From: Monocercomonoides exilis PA203
Taxonomy: Eukaryota > Protista > Preaxostyla
Direction: 5' to 3'
Length of the DNA: 64,000 nucleotides
Assembly: GCA_001643675.2 (NCBI GenBank)
Contig: LSRY02000039.1
Span: 620,001 to 684,000 of the forward strand
Shown piece after piece: positions 1 to 13,199 of this stretch. The position numbers were made by a program, and so were the translations under genes. Numbering within the stretch: position 1 is the first letter of the stretch; every line of letters begins with the position of its first letter. A model generated the notes under the pieces. The model saw nothing but the letters and a program-made list of their open reading frames with translations. It made no database searches and had not been told where the DNA came from.

Positions 1-520
1 AAACGAGATTAAGAAAAATGATGTAAAATCACACCACAAAGTGTCCAATACTGCTCAATGCTAGTAAAGCTTCTTCCACCTCTTTTTGTGTTTCCTCACT
101 TTCCTCTTTGTTAATCGCCACTTTCATTGGGCAAGGCACACAAATATTTAGCGGCACGAGTCCATATTCTTAATCATAAAGCAAAAAATTGCATTCACAA
201 ATATATGCAAGCATTTTTTCATTCTTCTCGTTGTTCCTAATCAATTCTGAAAAATAAAAACTCAAAAAGGATTTTTTGAACCCAGAAATCCTCAGCCCTC
301 TCAATGCTTTGCAGTATCCCATGCGTTTCAGCAAAAGAATTAAATTTTCCATGGGCAGATTTTTACAAATCACAATTTCGTACAATTTGTTGAAGACTTC
401 TTTTGTTAATATGGTCTTTAATTCGCTATCATCAAAGGAATCGAATAACTGGTTCATCGCCATGATTTTCAACTTTTGATCCGAAATTTGGTAAATGTCT
501 AATCGAGAAAGCATTTCTGC
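1..520 (-). pseudogene. Member of a lineage-expanded alpha-helical protein family (paralog of 52522-53940), frameshifted, continues beyond window start
   Basis: ORF 170-514 (..MENLILLLKRMGYCKAL..NEKMLAYICECNFLL) aligns by eye with 52522-52935 (..MENAILLLKHVGYLKTL..); it continues in another frame as ICVPCPMKVAINKEESEETQKEVEEALLALSSIG. Confidence 0.7.
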
Positions 521-1439
521 TCAAAAAATGAAAATAAGATAAATAAATAAAATTGAAAATATTAATTAGATAATTTGCATAAAAAATTTAAATTGTAAAA
601 TGATTTATTGAACATGCCGCAAAATTCTTTTAAAAGAGGAGATTGCTGCATTGGCTATCAAAGTTATTGCATTTTGACGAAAATAATACTCTTAGGATAT
701 TCAAGTTCTGTTTGAAAACAAATCATGTTTGTTTCTTTTCTTATTGTCACGCAATTATCAAAGAATTGCATTTTGACGAAAAAAAATAATAGGATTTTTA
801 TAATTTCAAAGTCATGATAATCATAAAACGAGTATCCTTTTCATTAAATCAATTCAAAATTCGAAGGAATATCATCGGTCAATTAGAAATGATGTTTGAC
901 TAAGTATTTTCAAACAAAAAAACATAAAATAAAATAATAAATAATAAAACAGATGTTGTAATTTTTTAAAATAATATAAGCAGATATTTCTCCAGTGGTC
1001 AATACTAATTTTATTTAAAAAGAAATTTTAAGAAACCTTTCTTTCTTTCTTTCTTTTGGTTTTATTGAAACGAAGATTTGTGATAAAAACAAAAGAGTCC
1101 AAATGCTTCTAAGATTTCTCAACAAAAAACAAACTGGAGTGGAAAAATGAATATGATTCAAGCATTTACAAAGTTATCAACGATATATGTTGATTTTCCG
1201 TGATATTTCTAGAATAGAAAAAGAATATTTTTTATGAATATATTTCATGGTCTTTAAGTATCCTTCTTTTTTCATCTTTTGAAAATCCTTTCTTTTGATC
1301 TCTTTTCTTTCCTTTTTTTTCATTTCTTTTTCTTTTTTTTCATTTCTTTTTCTTTTTTTTCTTTTTTTTTTCTTGAAAACCTCAAAAAGATTTTCTTATA
1401 TTTATTCGCAATTTTGTTTTCCGAAGTTGTTTACCAAGT

Positions 1440-1830
1440 TTCCTCCAAAACAAGTTTAAAAACTCCTTCCTTCATCAACGATTCAACGCATTCAGCTAAT
1501 ACAAATACCATTTATCGAAAACTTTAATGCATCAACCGAACATTTCATTTTCATTTTCTCTCGCTGTTCAATTCAACCAGATAAAGCAACGAATAAGCTC
1601 AACATATGCATTATCTCACCATTCGCACAAATCAAAAAAACAGATCAAAGTTTCAAGCATCTGATAATATCATACTCTTCTATCTTTTCTTTATTTTTTC
1701 AATCTTCTTCATTTCTTTTCAGTTTCATGCTCTTTACCAGTTCTTCCATCTCTTTTATTGCTTCTCTCTCAAAATATAGCTCATTCATTATTCTCCCTTT
1801 TCATCTCCTTCTTTGCTTTCTAAATTAAAA
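1440..1830 (-). pseudogene. Degraded C-terminal remnant of the same helical family
   Basis: Minus-strand translation NELYFEREAIKEMEELVK..EEYDIIRCL resembles NELHIGREAARELEELTR..EGLIILRWI of 53188-53940; boundaries approximate. Confidence 0.5.
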
Positions 1831-1901
1831 CTAAATAGATGATGAGAAATGTGATGATTCTGTTCTTTTCAACAGAAAATGAAGCTAAGAAGGAGAAGGA
1901 G

Positions 1902-2068
1902 AGGCAAGTTCCAAGGATATGGATTATCGATATAAAAATTCTTTTCATAAAGAACACGAAAGAAAACATTAAATTAATTAATATAAAATTATTTTTATTT
2001 GTTGAAAATTCAATGTTAATAACTTTCTATTTTTTTCATTTGATCTATCCCATTAATATTTTCAAACA
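1902..2068. repeat. Dispersed repeat; uninterrupted (empty-site) paralog of the flanks of the 16374-20533 element
   Basis: Its reverse complement matches ~16290-16373 joined to ~20542-20619 and has a single ATTTTATA at the junction. Confidence 0.85.
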
Positions 2069-2869
2069 GTCATTGTTTTTTATTAGATGAATTGTGAAAT
2101 AAAAAAAAATTTCAAAATTATTGGGTTATTTTGAAATTACCCAATAATTTTGAAATTGTCTATGGAAATCTTGAAATTTTTGGGGAATTTTGCAACAACT
2201 CAGGTGGACAAATTTTTCCGTGAAAAAATATATTATGCATATACATGAAGTTATTCAAATCATATTCATGAAAAATATTCTGTTGTTTTTTATTGTTATT
2301 AATTAAAGAAAAATTTTTAAACAGAACTATTTCGAAATAATTAACAACTTATCGAAATCAGCTTTGGAATACTATTTTGTTCTTTTCAAAGACATTATTA
2401 TGAAAGTTTGAAGGTTTCCATTGCATTTTTTTTCAGATGAATGATAAAGGCCATATTTTCTAAAAAATCGCCAAGGATCAAAATATTTTCAAATTAGAGA
2501 AAACAATGAAACACTCAGCGGACATTATTTATCTCGAATATTCAAAATTTCACAAATGAGAAAGAATATCTTGAAAAACTTCAGGATCCAAAAAAAATGA
2601 CTCTTGAAAGTCAATTTTGATGTTATTTTTGGATCAATTTGAAAATTGATTATCTGGTGAAATAAGATTTGTTGCATTTTATCATTAAAGTTTCTGATCT
2701 AAACATTTGAGGTGCAATGTGTTTCGCAAGTTTTAACGTTGAAAAATTATCCAGATTTGAAATAACTTATTCTTTCTTTTTCGCTGTCTTTCTTTGTTTG
2801 AGCAATTAAAATGAAAAACATTTATCATTAAGGTGAAGCAGAATTGAATAATATTCAAATTCAATGAAA

Positions 2870-4050
2870 AATAAAATGGATGCAAAAGAAAGTTAATCCA
2901 TTTCATTGTGCGAATGGATTGGTTGCACATCGCAACGAGGAGGCGCACTTCATGGACATGATAATTCAGATGCTTTTCTGTATGTTAAAAATTCGTCATT
3001 CACTAAATGCAATGCATCTTCTATGGAGGTGGAGGAATATATGCAATGAATGTTGCTGAATGTTCTGTGTAAAATTCCATATTAAAGAACTGTTCTTGTG
3101 AAGCTACAACAAATAATGGAGGAGGAGGCATTCAGTTTGAAAGTATTTTTGTTCAATCAATAGTTGAAGATTGTTTGTTTCAAAAATGTTCTTTGGGAAA
3201 CGATGGAGGAGCAATTGATCTTCGCCCAACGATGACGAAAAGATAAAAAAAATTGCATTGTTAATTTTTTATTTGTATTTTGCTAAGCAAATCATTCAAC
3301 TTTATCATCTGGGGGAGCAATTATACATTGGGATGAATCAATTCAAAATTCATTCTCAAATTGTTTGTTCTGCAATTGTTATTCAATGCACGGAGGAGGA
3401 GCTGCTTCACAGTTAAAAAATGCAAATAATTGTGGAATATTGTTTTATTACCGTTTTTCCCGCAATAACTCATGCGTGAAAGGTGGGCATGACATTTTTC
3501 TTCAAGACTCTTCGCCAAACGACATTCATCCAAGCTGTTATTCAAACAGATAAACAGAAAACAAAGTGAGCACAAACTTGTGTTCAATCATTGACAGAAG
3601 CGAATGACTTAATAATGTTGGAGGAAGAACCAGATTTGTTTTTTCAACTGCAGCACAACCAAATTCCAAAGGCACTTTTTCATGTGGAATCAATGAAAGC
3701 TATCCGTGAAACACTTTCACCCGTTGTTTGACTTAACTTATTCCTGACTATGTGACGGATGCAGAGATACTCGCATGAACGATAACAGAGACAAGAAATG
3801 TGGACTGCAGTCCCAACACTTACACAATATATGGACAATGTGATATGAGAACAGCAATCCAAACAAAATTTAAAGCATCAAGCTTATCTCTATTTTCAGT
3901 CTCGACAGGTACATTGACTGTTAGGAACTTTGTTCTTTTGCACAACTCAGCTCATGCTAATAATAGCGGTTCAAAGATATTTGCGATTTCTGGAGCAGGA
4001 GAGCTGAAAAAAAGAGCGTTGAACATCTCATCTGGAAGCTGACACTCCAC
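2870..4050 (+). pseudogene. Fragment of the large beta-helix-like (GGAI-repeat) surface protein family
   Basis: Broken frames with GGGGIQF, GNDGGAIDL and KGGHDIFL motifs and SLFSVSTGTLTVRNFVLLHNS; many stops and frameshifts. Confidence 0.65.
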
Positions 4051-4299
4051 AATAATGTCAGTTTCCACAAAGTTGACTATTTTTTTTTTATCAAGAATTA
4101 TTAATGGAAAATGTTAACTGAGCAAGGATCACAAAAATATTTCATTATAAACATCTTCTTTTCAATTAAGGTTTCATTTGCGCGTTTTGAATTTGCCATT
4201 AACGGGATTTCGAGAATAATTAGGAATGTGCAAGATGATAATGAGAAAAGAAAGAGATAGACGCAAATGCATGGGAACAAGGTTAAGTGGATGAAGATT

Positions 4300-5450
4300 G
4301 AGTTTTTGTTCTTTGAGCATCTACCTTCTCTAGTGCTCGCGCTGCTGTCCGCGCTGCAAGCTCCACCGAAGGCTCGTACGCAACAAACCCCACAACCATC
4401 GCGATGAGATGCCCACTCAGCTAGAACAGAACACTGCACTTCCCATCAAAATCAAACGTGATGTTGTGCTCTCGGCAGTTCGAAAAGAACTGTCCGTGCG
4501 GCACACGCGACAGCTCCGGCTGGTAGAACGGCTGCACGATCACAAAGCTGCATGTCGCCTCCGGAGAGAGACAGGCACACGCATGTGCAGAGGCGCTGGC
4601 TGGTCCACACGCCGCCTGAGGAGACACTCTCTCCACACCTGCCACCTGGCGCGGAGAGGCCGACCTGTGTGCCCCGCTCGAACAGCCCTGAGGCCGAGCA
4701 CAGGCAGAATGCGCTGAATCAGAGGACGGAGCACGCACATGCAAAGCGGCTGTGCCACGGCGGCGCGGAAGGAGGTAGTTTCCAGACGCAATCTCGATGC
4801 ACCCCTGCAGCATATACGACATCCACCTGAACGCCGACGACGCTGCCAGCGGGCCCACCGAAAGATCCACCGCACACATCCGCAGCGACTCCCACTCGTC
4901 CACAAACACACAATACGAAACACTAAACACCCCAATCATCCCTTTCCCGTGGCACACTTGCCCAATCGCATACGTCGCATCCCGCAGAGCAATCGACGGC
5001 ACACTTTCCTGCGGCACAACCTCCTCTATCGCAACAAACTCGTCCATCCTCTCTCTCTGCCTGTCCGAGCTCAAATGCAACGTCACTCCATCCGATGCCA
5101 AACACCCACCCCCACCCACACCCACACCCCCTTCTCTTCTCTTCTCTCTTCTCCCAAACAGCCTCTCCCCAATGAACGTGATGCTCATCGTCCCGTCCAG
5201 CTGTATCATCCCTTCCACAACTGGCTTCTCCACGATCAGCTCTCGCTCTGTACACTGCTCCATCAGCTCCTCTTTCACCATCACCATTATAAGATTGCAC
5301 CTCCATCCCCCATTCGCTCATTCTCCTTCAACAATCGCATGCTTCAGATTCACAGGAACACTCAGCAGAAATTTTTCGTCCAGTGATTGGACATCATCAT
5401 CATCATTTTCATCGGCTGCATCATCATAACGCTTTCTTTTATATCACCTG
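4300..5450 (-). pseudogene. IQCH-like (IQ motif containing H) C-terminal fragment
   Basis: PQESVPSIALRDATYAIGQVCHGKGMIGVFSVSY..MCAVDLSVG and FFSNCREHNITFDFDGK recall the conserved IQCH C-terminal region; in-frame stops; paralog at 48600-50045. Confidence 0.55.
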
Positions 5451-7223
5451 AGCATTGGAAAAAATAAAGATTATTTTCATTAATTTCTTCTTCTTCTTCA
5501 TCTGTATCTTCTTCTACTACTGCTTCTTCTTCTTCTTCTTCAATCTCTTTCTTATTCGCATTAACTCCTATTTTTCTTTATTGTTGTTCAAACTTCTTTC
5601 AAACATTTGCAATCGTCATGTACTTCCTCAACTTTATTCCCCTCATATTTCCGAAATAGTGAGCACTCAGCTGCTTCTCACTCCTCATCTCATCAAATGA
5701 ATTTGTTATTTGTCCATTTCGAACAATATCGTTACGCCCTGACTACCAGCAAAAAATGAAAATGAAAATACATAAAAAATTCTTTGATGAACACAAACAA
5801 ATAATAAAGTTCATTATTCACCTCTTTATGTTGGTATAATGGAAGCTCATGCTTCTACACGCATTCCAGCAATTAGAATAATCGACTTTCACTTCCATCA
5901 GAAAAACACAGTTGCAATCTGATCGGACTCATCACTGCAAAAAACTTATCTATTCCAGCCACCACATTTTGAATACATGGAATATTTACTCTTTGGGTTC
6001 TTGTGTCACTTTTGTTGAATTTTGCTTCATTTTGTCGTTTCCATAACAGATTTGGAGTAGATTAAATAAAGGCACAACTCGATGCATCGTGGCAGAATGG
6101 ATATGCAAATGAGATTGAGGCAACCAGCTGTATTTATTGTGCTTGTGGAAGGATTTTAGTGGTTGGGGAGAAGCAGGGTTTTGAAGGGGACTGGAGAGTG
6201 TGAGGTTTTTTTTATTTTGGGGAGAGAGAGAGAGAGATATTTTTGTGAGGTTTTGTTGTGGAAATTGATGTGAGGGAGATGGATTGGCATAAGATTTGGA
6301 AGGGCTTTTTTTGAGATTTTTACCGGAATGAGGAGTGGGAATTGCGTTTATTATAGGAGAAATGGAATTTGATGTGGAGGAGATGGAGCGAGGCGGGGCA
6401 ACAGAAGAAAAAAAAATGTGTGGGGCAAAAAGAACATATTTATTGGAGGGGAAGATATTGGGGGAAAGAAGGAGGGCAGTGGAAGAAATGGAAAAGGGAT
6501 GTTATTTTTTTTTCCAAAAAACAGAGAGAAGGAGGAGGCATATGGGGCGGAGCAAAGAGAAGAGATTTTGTGGATGTATGTTTGATAAGAAAGAGAAGTG
6601 GGGTTGAAGAAAAAAAAAGTGAAGAAAAATATTCTTCACATTTTTATATAATTTATTTTGTGAACCGTTTGGACGCGCCTCTCATTTGCAGGGCAAGCGT
6701 TGGAGGCTAAAGCGGAGGAAGGCGGGAAGAAGGAACATCAGCGCTGGCACTTTGCATTGGGGGTGTGGAGGCAGAGGAAGATGAGGAGTTGACTATGGGA
6801 GGTGCTTTCCAATGGAAAGAGACAGAAAAAGGATGGAGGTTTTTATTTTTTTTTTTATTTTTGGTTGGAAGAAGGGCAATGGGAGATGGGGAGACAGGGG
6901 TTGTGATATTCGGTGGAGTGGTATTGTTGTTGTTTTGAGGGGAAATGGAGAGAAGAAGAGGGCAATACAGCGAAAAGGGATGGGAAGGGATTCTTCAGAT
7001 GGAATCTTCTTCTTTGCCAGTTTTTTATAGAATGGAGTTTGTGGAGGTTATTTGAGTTTTGGAAGAATACAGAATAGCGCATTAAATTTTTTTGGAAGGC
7101 AGAAAGGAGGTGATAATATTTTCATTGAAATTAACAAGAGAGATGGATCAAAATAGTATTAAAGATTAAAGGAAATGATATATATAGAAGAAGAATAAGA
7201 GGAAAACGAAGAAATCACAAAAT

Positions 7224-10200
7224 TAAGCCTGTGTGACATGACAAATCAAAAAAGTTGTGTCAGTCAAAACTGATCGCATGGACCCATTAAACTTTTAAAA
7301 TATCCATTATTGATCAATTCTCAATTTGGTATTTATCATTTTCATATTAATAGGTTATTGAATAAGAAAGTTTGTGATTTTATTTAAATGATTCTTGAAG
7401 CCATTATTTATATTTTTTCACAAATTTTGAAGCTTTTTTTATTCGATGATTAAATGCTTGATCAGAAAATATTGAGTTACTCAAGTTGAATAAACGCTTA
7501 TAGAAATCAAAATATTCTATATTATTTACAAATAGAAAGAGTTGATGTATTTGTAAGCTCGTTTTTCGAGAATGCTATTATTCGATAAACAAATGAAATG
7601 TATTTTGTATAATTACAAACTGATTACGTTCTTTAGAATTTATTGAAAATGATCTGTTCAAGAGATTCACAACGAAATGTTCATTCATTGGTATTCAGAA
7701 ACATTCAACTTGAAAATATAAGCCAACATTTCATAACAGGAGTGGATTAATTTCAAAAAAATAGGTTGATGAATAATATGTTACAGCAATTGTTAAAACG
7801 AATATTAAAAAATAGACTTTATAAGTAGTACAACTGAGAAAAGCATTGCAATGTCTGGAAACAACAGGGAAGGAACCTTTTACTCAGTAGAATTGGTCTA
7901 TCCATTGAACGCATTTGCATTCAGATTAACAAGATCAACTTTCTCTGTAGAAGGAAGCAAAATTGTGCTTGATTGTGAAATAACACTGATGTTAATTGAT
8001 GGCGATCCTTCATTTTCATTATCAACCACATTTTTGGCACAGAAGAAGTTAACGTTGCAGAATATGAAAATTATCTTTTTTCTTAATCATCCAACTTGAC
8101 GAAAAGCATCATCAATAAATCCCTTCCATTTGTGTCTGAAATTTTGGTACAAATTTTATTGGATTCTTTAAACGGTTTTGATTGAAGTTATCCAATGAAT
8201 GCCATTCTTGTTGTTCTTTTCGAACGTGAACTTGAATCAATTATTTTTCTGGAATGATTATCAGGCAATTAATACGTAGAAAAGTTGATTTGCAATCAGG
8301 CTATAAAATTCAATATTAAAGCACGAAAATTTTCTTTCAAAGACAAAAAGCACTGTGCCCGCAGCCTTCTATTTGGTAAAAATTGTTTCGTCGAATTTTT
8401 AATACAAAAACAACGTTTCTTTTTTAAAAGAGATGTGTATGTGAGATGCCACTCAATCGATACACAAATAGTTGATGAGCAATTCTTGCTGGATTTCAGA
8501 TTGCCATTTGTGAAGAAGCTGGCAATATGGGGCTGCACAACAGATACCTTTCTGGATGAAGAAGATCTTCTGCTGAGGGTTGTGAAATATCAGAGCGAGA
8601 CGATATTTGTCTCAGCTATCGCAGACAACCACACGGACAACAATGTGAAGTGTTCAGCGCGTCATGCCACTTATTGAGCTTTAGGGTGCAGTCGATCGTT
8701 CCGTCTCAATAATCTCAGCTGTTGGTATCACTCCAGACAGCCATCTGCGCGCCATGCAGCGCAACCAGCATGAACATCCGCTCTCGAGTTCCCGTCCTCT
8801 GCGCTCGTCCACTCAACTCTTCCATTCAGCGCTACCCTGTAATCATCGTAAACACTGCAAACGTCCTTATCGAATGTCTCTTCTTTTTCATCAGTTCATC
8901 CTTTTCGCACACTTGCAATTCTGTTACGTCATGCCAATTAAGTTCTCTTGAATTTCTCTGTCCAGTTTGTTTTCTCTTCCACCTCGCAAGCTGCACATTA
9001 AGTTCTCCACAACTTCTTCCTGCTCGCAGTTGAAGGTTGCTCCTTGAATGGCAACTTGTTCTCCGTCCTTCACCTCACGTTCACTCTTCTGCTTTTCCTC
9101 CTTTCCACTGCAGAATACTTCGCGCCTGCATATATTAACCTCCAGCTCCTCCAGCTATCAGTCATCTACTTCAAGTTACGCAAGTTCTGGAGCTCTATGG
9201 TGCACGGATTGGGTGCGGAGCATCTGGTGTTTTCGCAGGACATCATCCTCAGCCTCTCCTCCACAACAGCACAAGGCATCGACTTTTCTATCTTCTCTTT
9301 CCGCATCTGCACAAACACACACGCCAGCACCAACACCAGCACCAGCGCCTCCTTCGACTCGTCTGTGCTTTTTGTGCCTTTCCCACCTGAGCAAATTTCC
9401 CTTCTAAACTGCAAGTGCTTGTATCATAATCTATCCTCAAGCAGCGAAGCAGTGAACAGACACTGAAAGGGAGCGCTGTGAGCGTGAGGAATGTTCCAGA
9501 ACTCTCGCTTGTTGTGTGATTTATTGAGAGAACTCATAAAAAAATGCTCTTCGAAATAGCACTGAGACAGCTGAAACAACATCTCCTCGTTCATATATGC
9601 AACACAACAGCAGCCATCATCTATCTCAATTTGGAAAGCCCGTCTGATGGAGCGCTGTCTGTCTCGGGAGGAACTGTTCGTATCGGAGATGCAAAGTTTG
9701 TGAGCAACAGCCCTTCAGCCAGCAGCTATCAGTCTGCCCTCCGGAACATCGCCTGCTCCGATGGGGCTTCGCTGACACTGGCGAGCTTGAAAGGGGGAGA
9801 CGGAGCGAAAGACAACACCTCCCTGTGGATACTGGACAGCGAACGCACACTTGCTGGCATCCCCTTCCACAGGCTGTCTCCATTCTTCATTTCAACACTC
9901 CATTCCGCTTTCGAGGTGGTAAACGAAGCAGAGACAATGAGCGAGATCACGATAAGATTCAAGGGAGAGCTCCTTTTCCCTTGCAATCAATCGTTCCGGC
10001 TGGCAACAACGACCGGAACAGAGGAATTGCTTCATCGGTTCGAGTTTGATGCAAAAGGGCTTGCCTCGGAAAAGGAGACCTTTGGTGTTATACAAGGGAG
10101 CATTCTTCGAGAGGTACTAGAAGAGGCAGAGGTGTCCGTGTGTCTGCTCTTTGGCAATGCAGAATCTCCTAACTCAACTCAGCCTTCATTTTGAAGAATG

Positions 10201-11802
10201 CAAGTGAAGCAAAGGGAAATGGAAATGATAAAGTTGTTGAAGGAGGAAAAGAAGGAAAATCATTATGGTTATTGATAATTGCTATCATATTTGTTGTTCT
10301 GTTTTTGATAGTTTTTGTTGTGTCTATTATCCTGGCTGTTCGATGGAGAAAACAAAAGAGACGGGCTGAAGATCTGAGAGAGATTGTGAATGATAATATT
10401 AGAAAAGATCCGAAACTAATTGAGATGGTGACGATGGAGATGTCACCAGAGGAGCAGTGGAGGAGAGCAGAAAGAGAGGCTGAGAAGAATAATGAAGAGA
10501 GGATCAAGAAGAGGGTATATGCGAAAAGCCTTCAGCATTCAGAATCATCAGAGCATCTTCTCTCTGAAAGTGGATCAACAGAATATATCCTTGGAAGAGA
10601 TTCAGACAAGATTCCAGAATGGATGCTGGAGAAGGCTGATGAGAAAGAAGAAGAAGAGACAAGAAAGAGAACGCCATCACCATCAATATCTTCGACATGT
10701 TCAATTGATTCAGAAACAACTTTTGTTCTGCGAGAGATCTGTGTCCAACCACATCAGTTAAGTTGAACTTTATTGATCTAATGGACTGTTTAACTGCATA
10801 TGAAAAACTGATTACTGACTTTTGAGTTTTTCAGTTCATGCTGCTGGACGGATTAAGAAAAAGGAGAGGGATATTGGTATTTGTAATTATTATACGCATA
10901 AATGATTAAAAGAATAAGTATAGATTTGCATTCGTTACATATAATTTAATATTTTTATTCATCATCAATAAATATTTATTTAATAAGTGCAAGTATCAAA
11001 AGGAAGTAACTGTTTTATATAATTCAAAGTAATACATGTTTAGAGAAATTTAGAAAAAATATACAACTTTTTATAAAGATTTCTTAAAGTTTATTAAAAA
11101 TTTTTCATATGTGTAACATTGTAAATAACAAATGTTGAACAGTGTTCAAAATGATAACAGCAACAATCAAGAAGAAATGTGTTTATGTATCAGTTCTTCA
11201 TGTCTTCGACTCTTCGAAAAAACTGAAAATAATGATCAACATAAAGAATTCATGAGAATAGAAAGAAATTGAAAAAAATTCTAAAGAATTGAAAAATAAA
11301 AATACAAAATTCAACCAAAAAATTACGATATTTTACAAAAAAGTCATTCAAAACTGCATAAATCCAATTCAGCAATCAAACAAAATATATTTCATTTGTT
11401 CAGATCATTTAGTGACAAATGAAATTTTTCCTTATAAATAAACAAAATACATTAGCTTTTCGATTTCAGCTTGAATTAAGGAGTGCTATGAAAAATGATA
11501 AAATGACAGATCTGACTTGTCAGTGACAGATCTGACAAGTGACAAAACCACTATATATTTTTTTGATCTATTTGTCACTCGTAAAAAATGCTATCTGAAT
11601 TAGTTAAAATTTCTTTAAAAAGTTGAATAAAATAAAATACAATGTCATAAAAATATTCTTTTCCGAATAAAACAAAAAAATTTTCAATTTTTGATATTTT
11701 CACGAAATTTTGCTGAGTGACAAAAAAAATGACAAATCGAAAAAGTCATGTCTGTCATTTTTGTAAATTTTCATGTTTTTCATGTCATGTCACACAGGAT
11801 TA
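7224..11802. mobile_element. hAT-like non-autonomous cargo-carrying (Pack-type) element, 4579 bp
   Basis: TIR TAAGCCTGTGTGACATGACA (7224-7243) vs TGTCATGTCACACAGGATTA (11783-11802), 19/20; perfect 8-bp TSD CACAAAAT (7216-7223, 11803-11810); dense TGACA subterminal repeats at 11500-11790; no transposase inside. Confidence 0.85.
8400..10800 (+). pseudogene. Surface protein family fragment with single TM helix and cytoplasmic tail (cargo of 7224-11802)
   Basis: YQSETIFVS, SLKGGDGAKDNTSLWIL, TM SLWLLIIAIIFVVLFLIVFVVSIILAV followed by RWRKQKRR; several frameshifts; 5'- and 3'-truncated. Confidence 0.75.
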
Positions 11803-12563
11803 CACAAAATTTACAGTTATCGATATCATTGACAACCTTAATAGCGTTGCATAATTACAGCTAATTATCAGTATCTAAATTGTTTTTCTTTAAAACTTAT
11901 ATGACTTTTTAACAAGAAATGGAAACATTCCACCCCTCCCCTCCCCTCCCAGGAAATATTCATTACTGAAAAAAATCAACATTAGAACCATTTTTGGATA
12001 ATAGGTGGTGCTCTTCATTCATTTTTGATGAATTCTTTATGTTTCACAATAATGAAAAATTTCACAAATATCTTAGCAATATTTTTTTTATATGTTAATT
12101 GTTGACAATCATTTGTTGTTAAAAAACATTTCAATAATCGTTTTAAATTTAACAATTATATTTTTTTTATTAACGATTGTCACAAAAAACGAAAAATGAT
12201 ATATTTCGCATTAATTGTTGTTAAATGTTCTTAAAATTGAACAAAACATATTAAATAAAATTTGTGATAAATAAACTGCGAAATGTGAATGCAGCTATTT
12301 TCAAAAGAAAAATGAAGATCTTCCCACAATTTTTATAAAACTTAAAATTTGTTGGTGAAACTTAAAATAACTACCTTATTTTCTATTTTTCTGGAAAATT
12401 TCAAAATTTCTTGATAATTTCAAAATAACATGCACGAATTTCAAAAATTTTTCAAAAATTTCACAATTACACAAAAATTGTGCAATTCATCTATTATTTC
12501 ATTTTTTCTCTATTGAACAAGTTACACATTTTTCCATTCTTGTTTTTGTTGTGTTAATTATAT

Positions 12564-12831
12564 GGGGGAAAATACGGACTTTCAAGCTTTTTTTGCACAA
12601 GGCATTAAAAAATTGCTTCAATCATTTCTTTATAACGCTCACTCAGATTTCAAAATAAATATGATTTTCACATCCGAAAACAGATGTCGTTGAAATAAAA
12701 ACTTTAAATTTTCCAACATTTCGCGAATGTCAAAAAATGGACCCATTTTTATTTTGTTTTTTGATATAAAAAAGTCAATAAAAAGTGCATAATATTTCTT
12801 CGAAAATACCTAAAGTCAAATATATTTCCCC
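12564..12831. mobile_element. Possible short MITE with GGG...CCC ends flanked by ATAT
   Basis: ATAT|GGGGGAAAATACGGACTTT ... AAAGTCAAATATATTTCCCC|ATAT; degenerate ~20-bp inverted repeat. Confidence 0.35.
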
Positions 12832-13199
12832 ATATGAGAGATACAAACACGTTTTATGTTTATTTTTTTCAAATTTTTTTCAAACGTATGAAGTCCATTT
12901 GAGTTTTTGCTTTTGCACAGGTTATTTCGAGCATTGAAGTGTGTGCTAACTTAGATAACTTCAAATCGATTATCAATTTTCAAAAGTGCACTGTTTTTTT
13001 GTAAATTGTATTTTTTGTTTTAATGAAAAATGTAATAATCAATTTAACAATGTGTTCAATGATGATATCGAAGCTCATGATAATTTTGACACCAAAGCCT
13101 TTCTCAAATTCTCATATATTCGTATGTTAAATAATTAACTTATTTATTTTTTGTATCTTTCCTAAAAAAGAAAAAACGAAAAAAGAATAAATTTGAAGA

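Larger units (their letters stand above)
2085..12492. mobile_element. Non-autonomous TIR element with AGATG termini and 3-bp TSD (ATT), carrying gene fragments and a nested hAT-like element
   Basis: ATT|AGATGAATTG... at 2085 and ...CAATTCATCT|ATT at 12492; TTTCAAAAT/GGGTTATTT subterminal motifs; same terminus as 20784-42070. Confidence 0.6.

Noticed and set aside
5720-6170. Possible pogo transposase remnant on the plus strand (NLIGLITAKNLSIP; QPAVFIV)
   Set aside because: Faint similarity only, with no catalytic residues or TIRs
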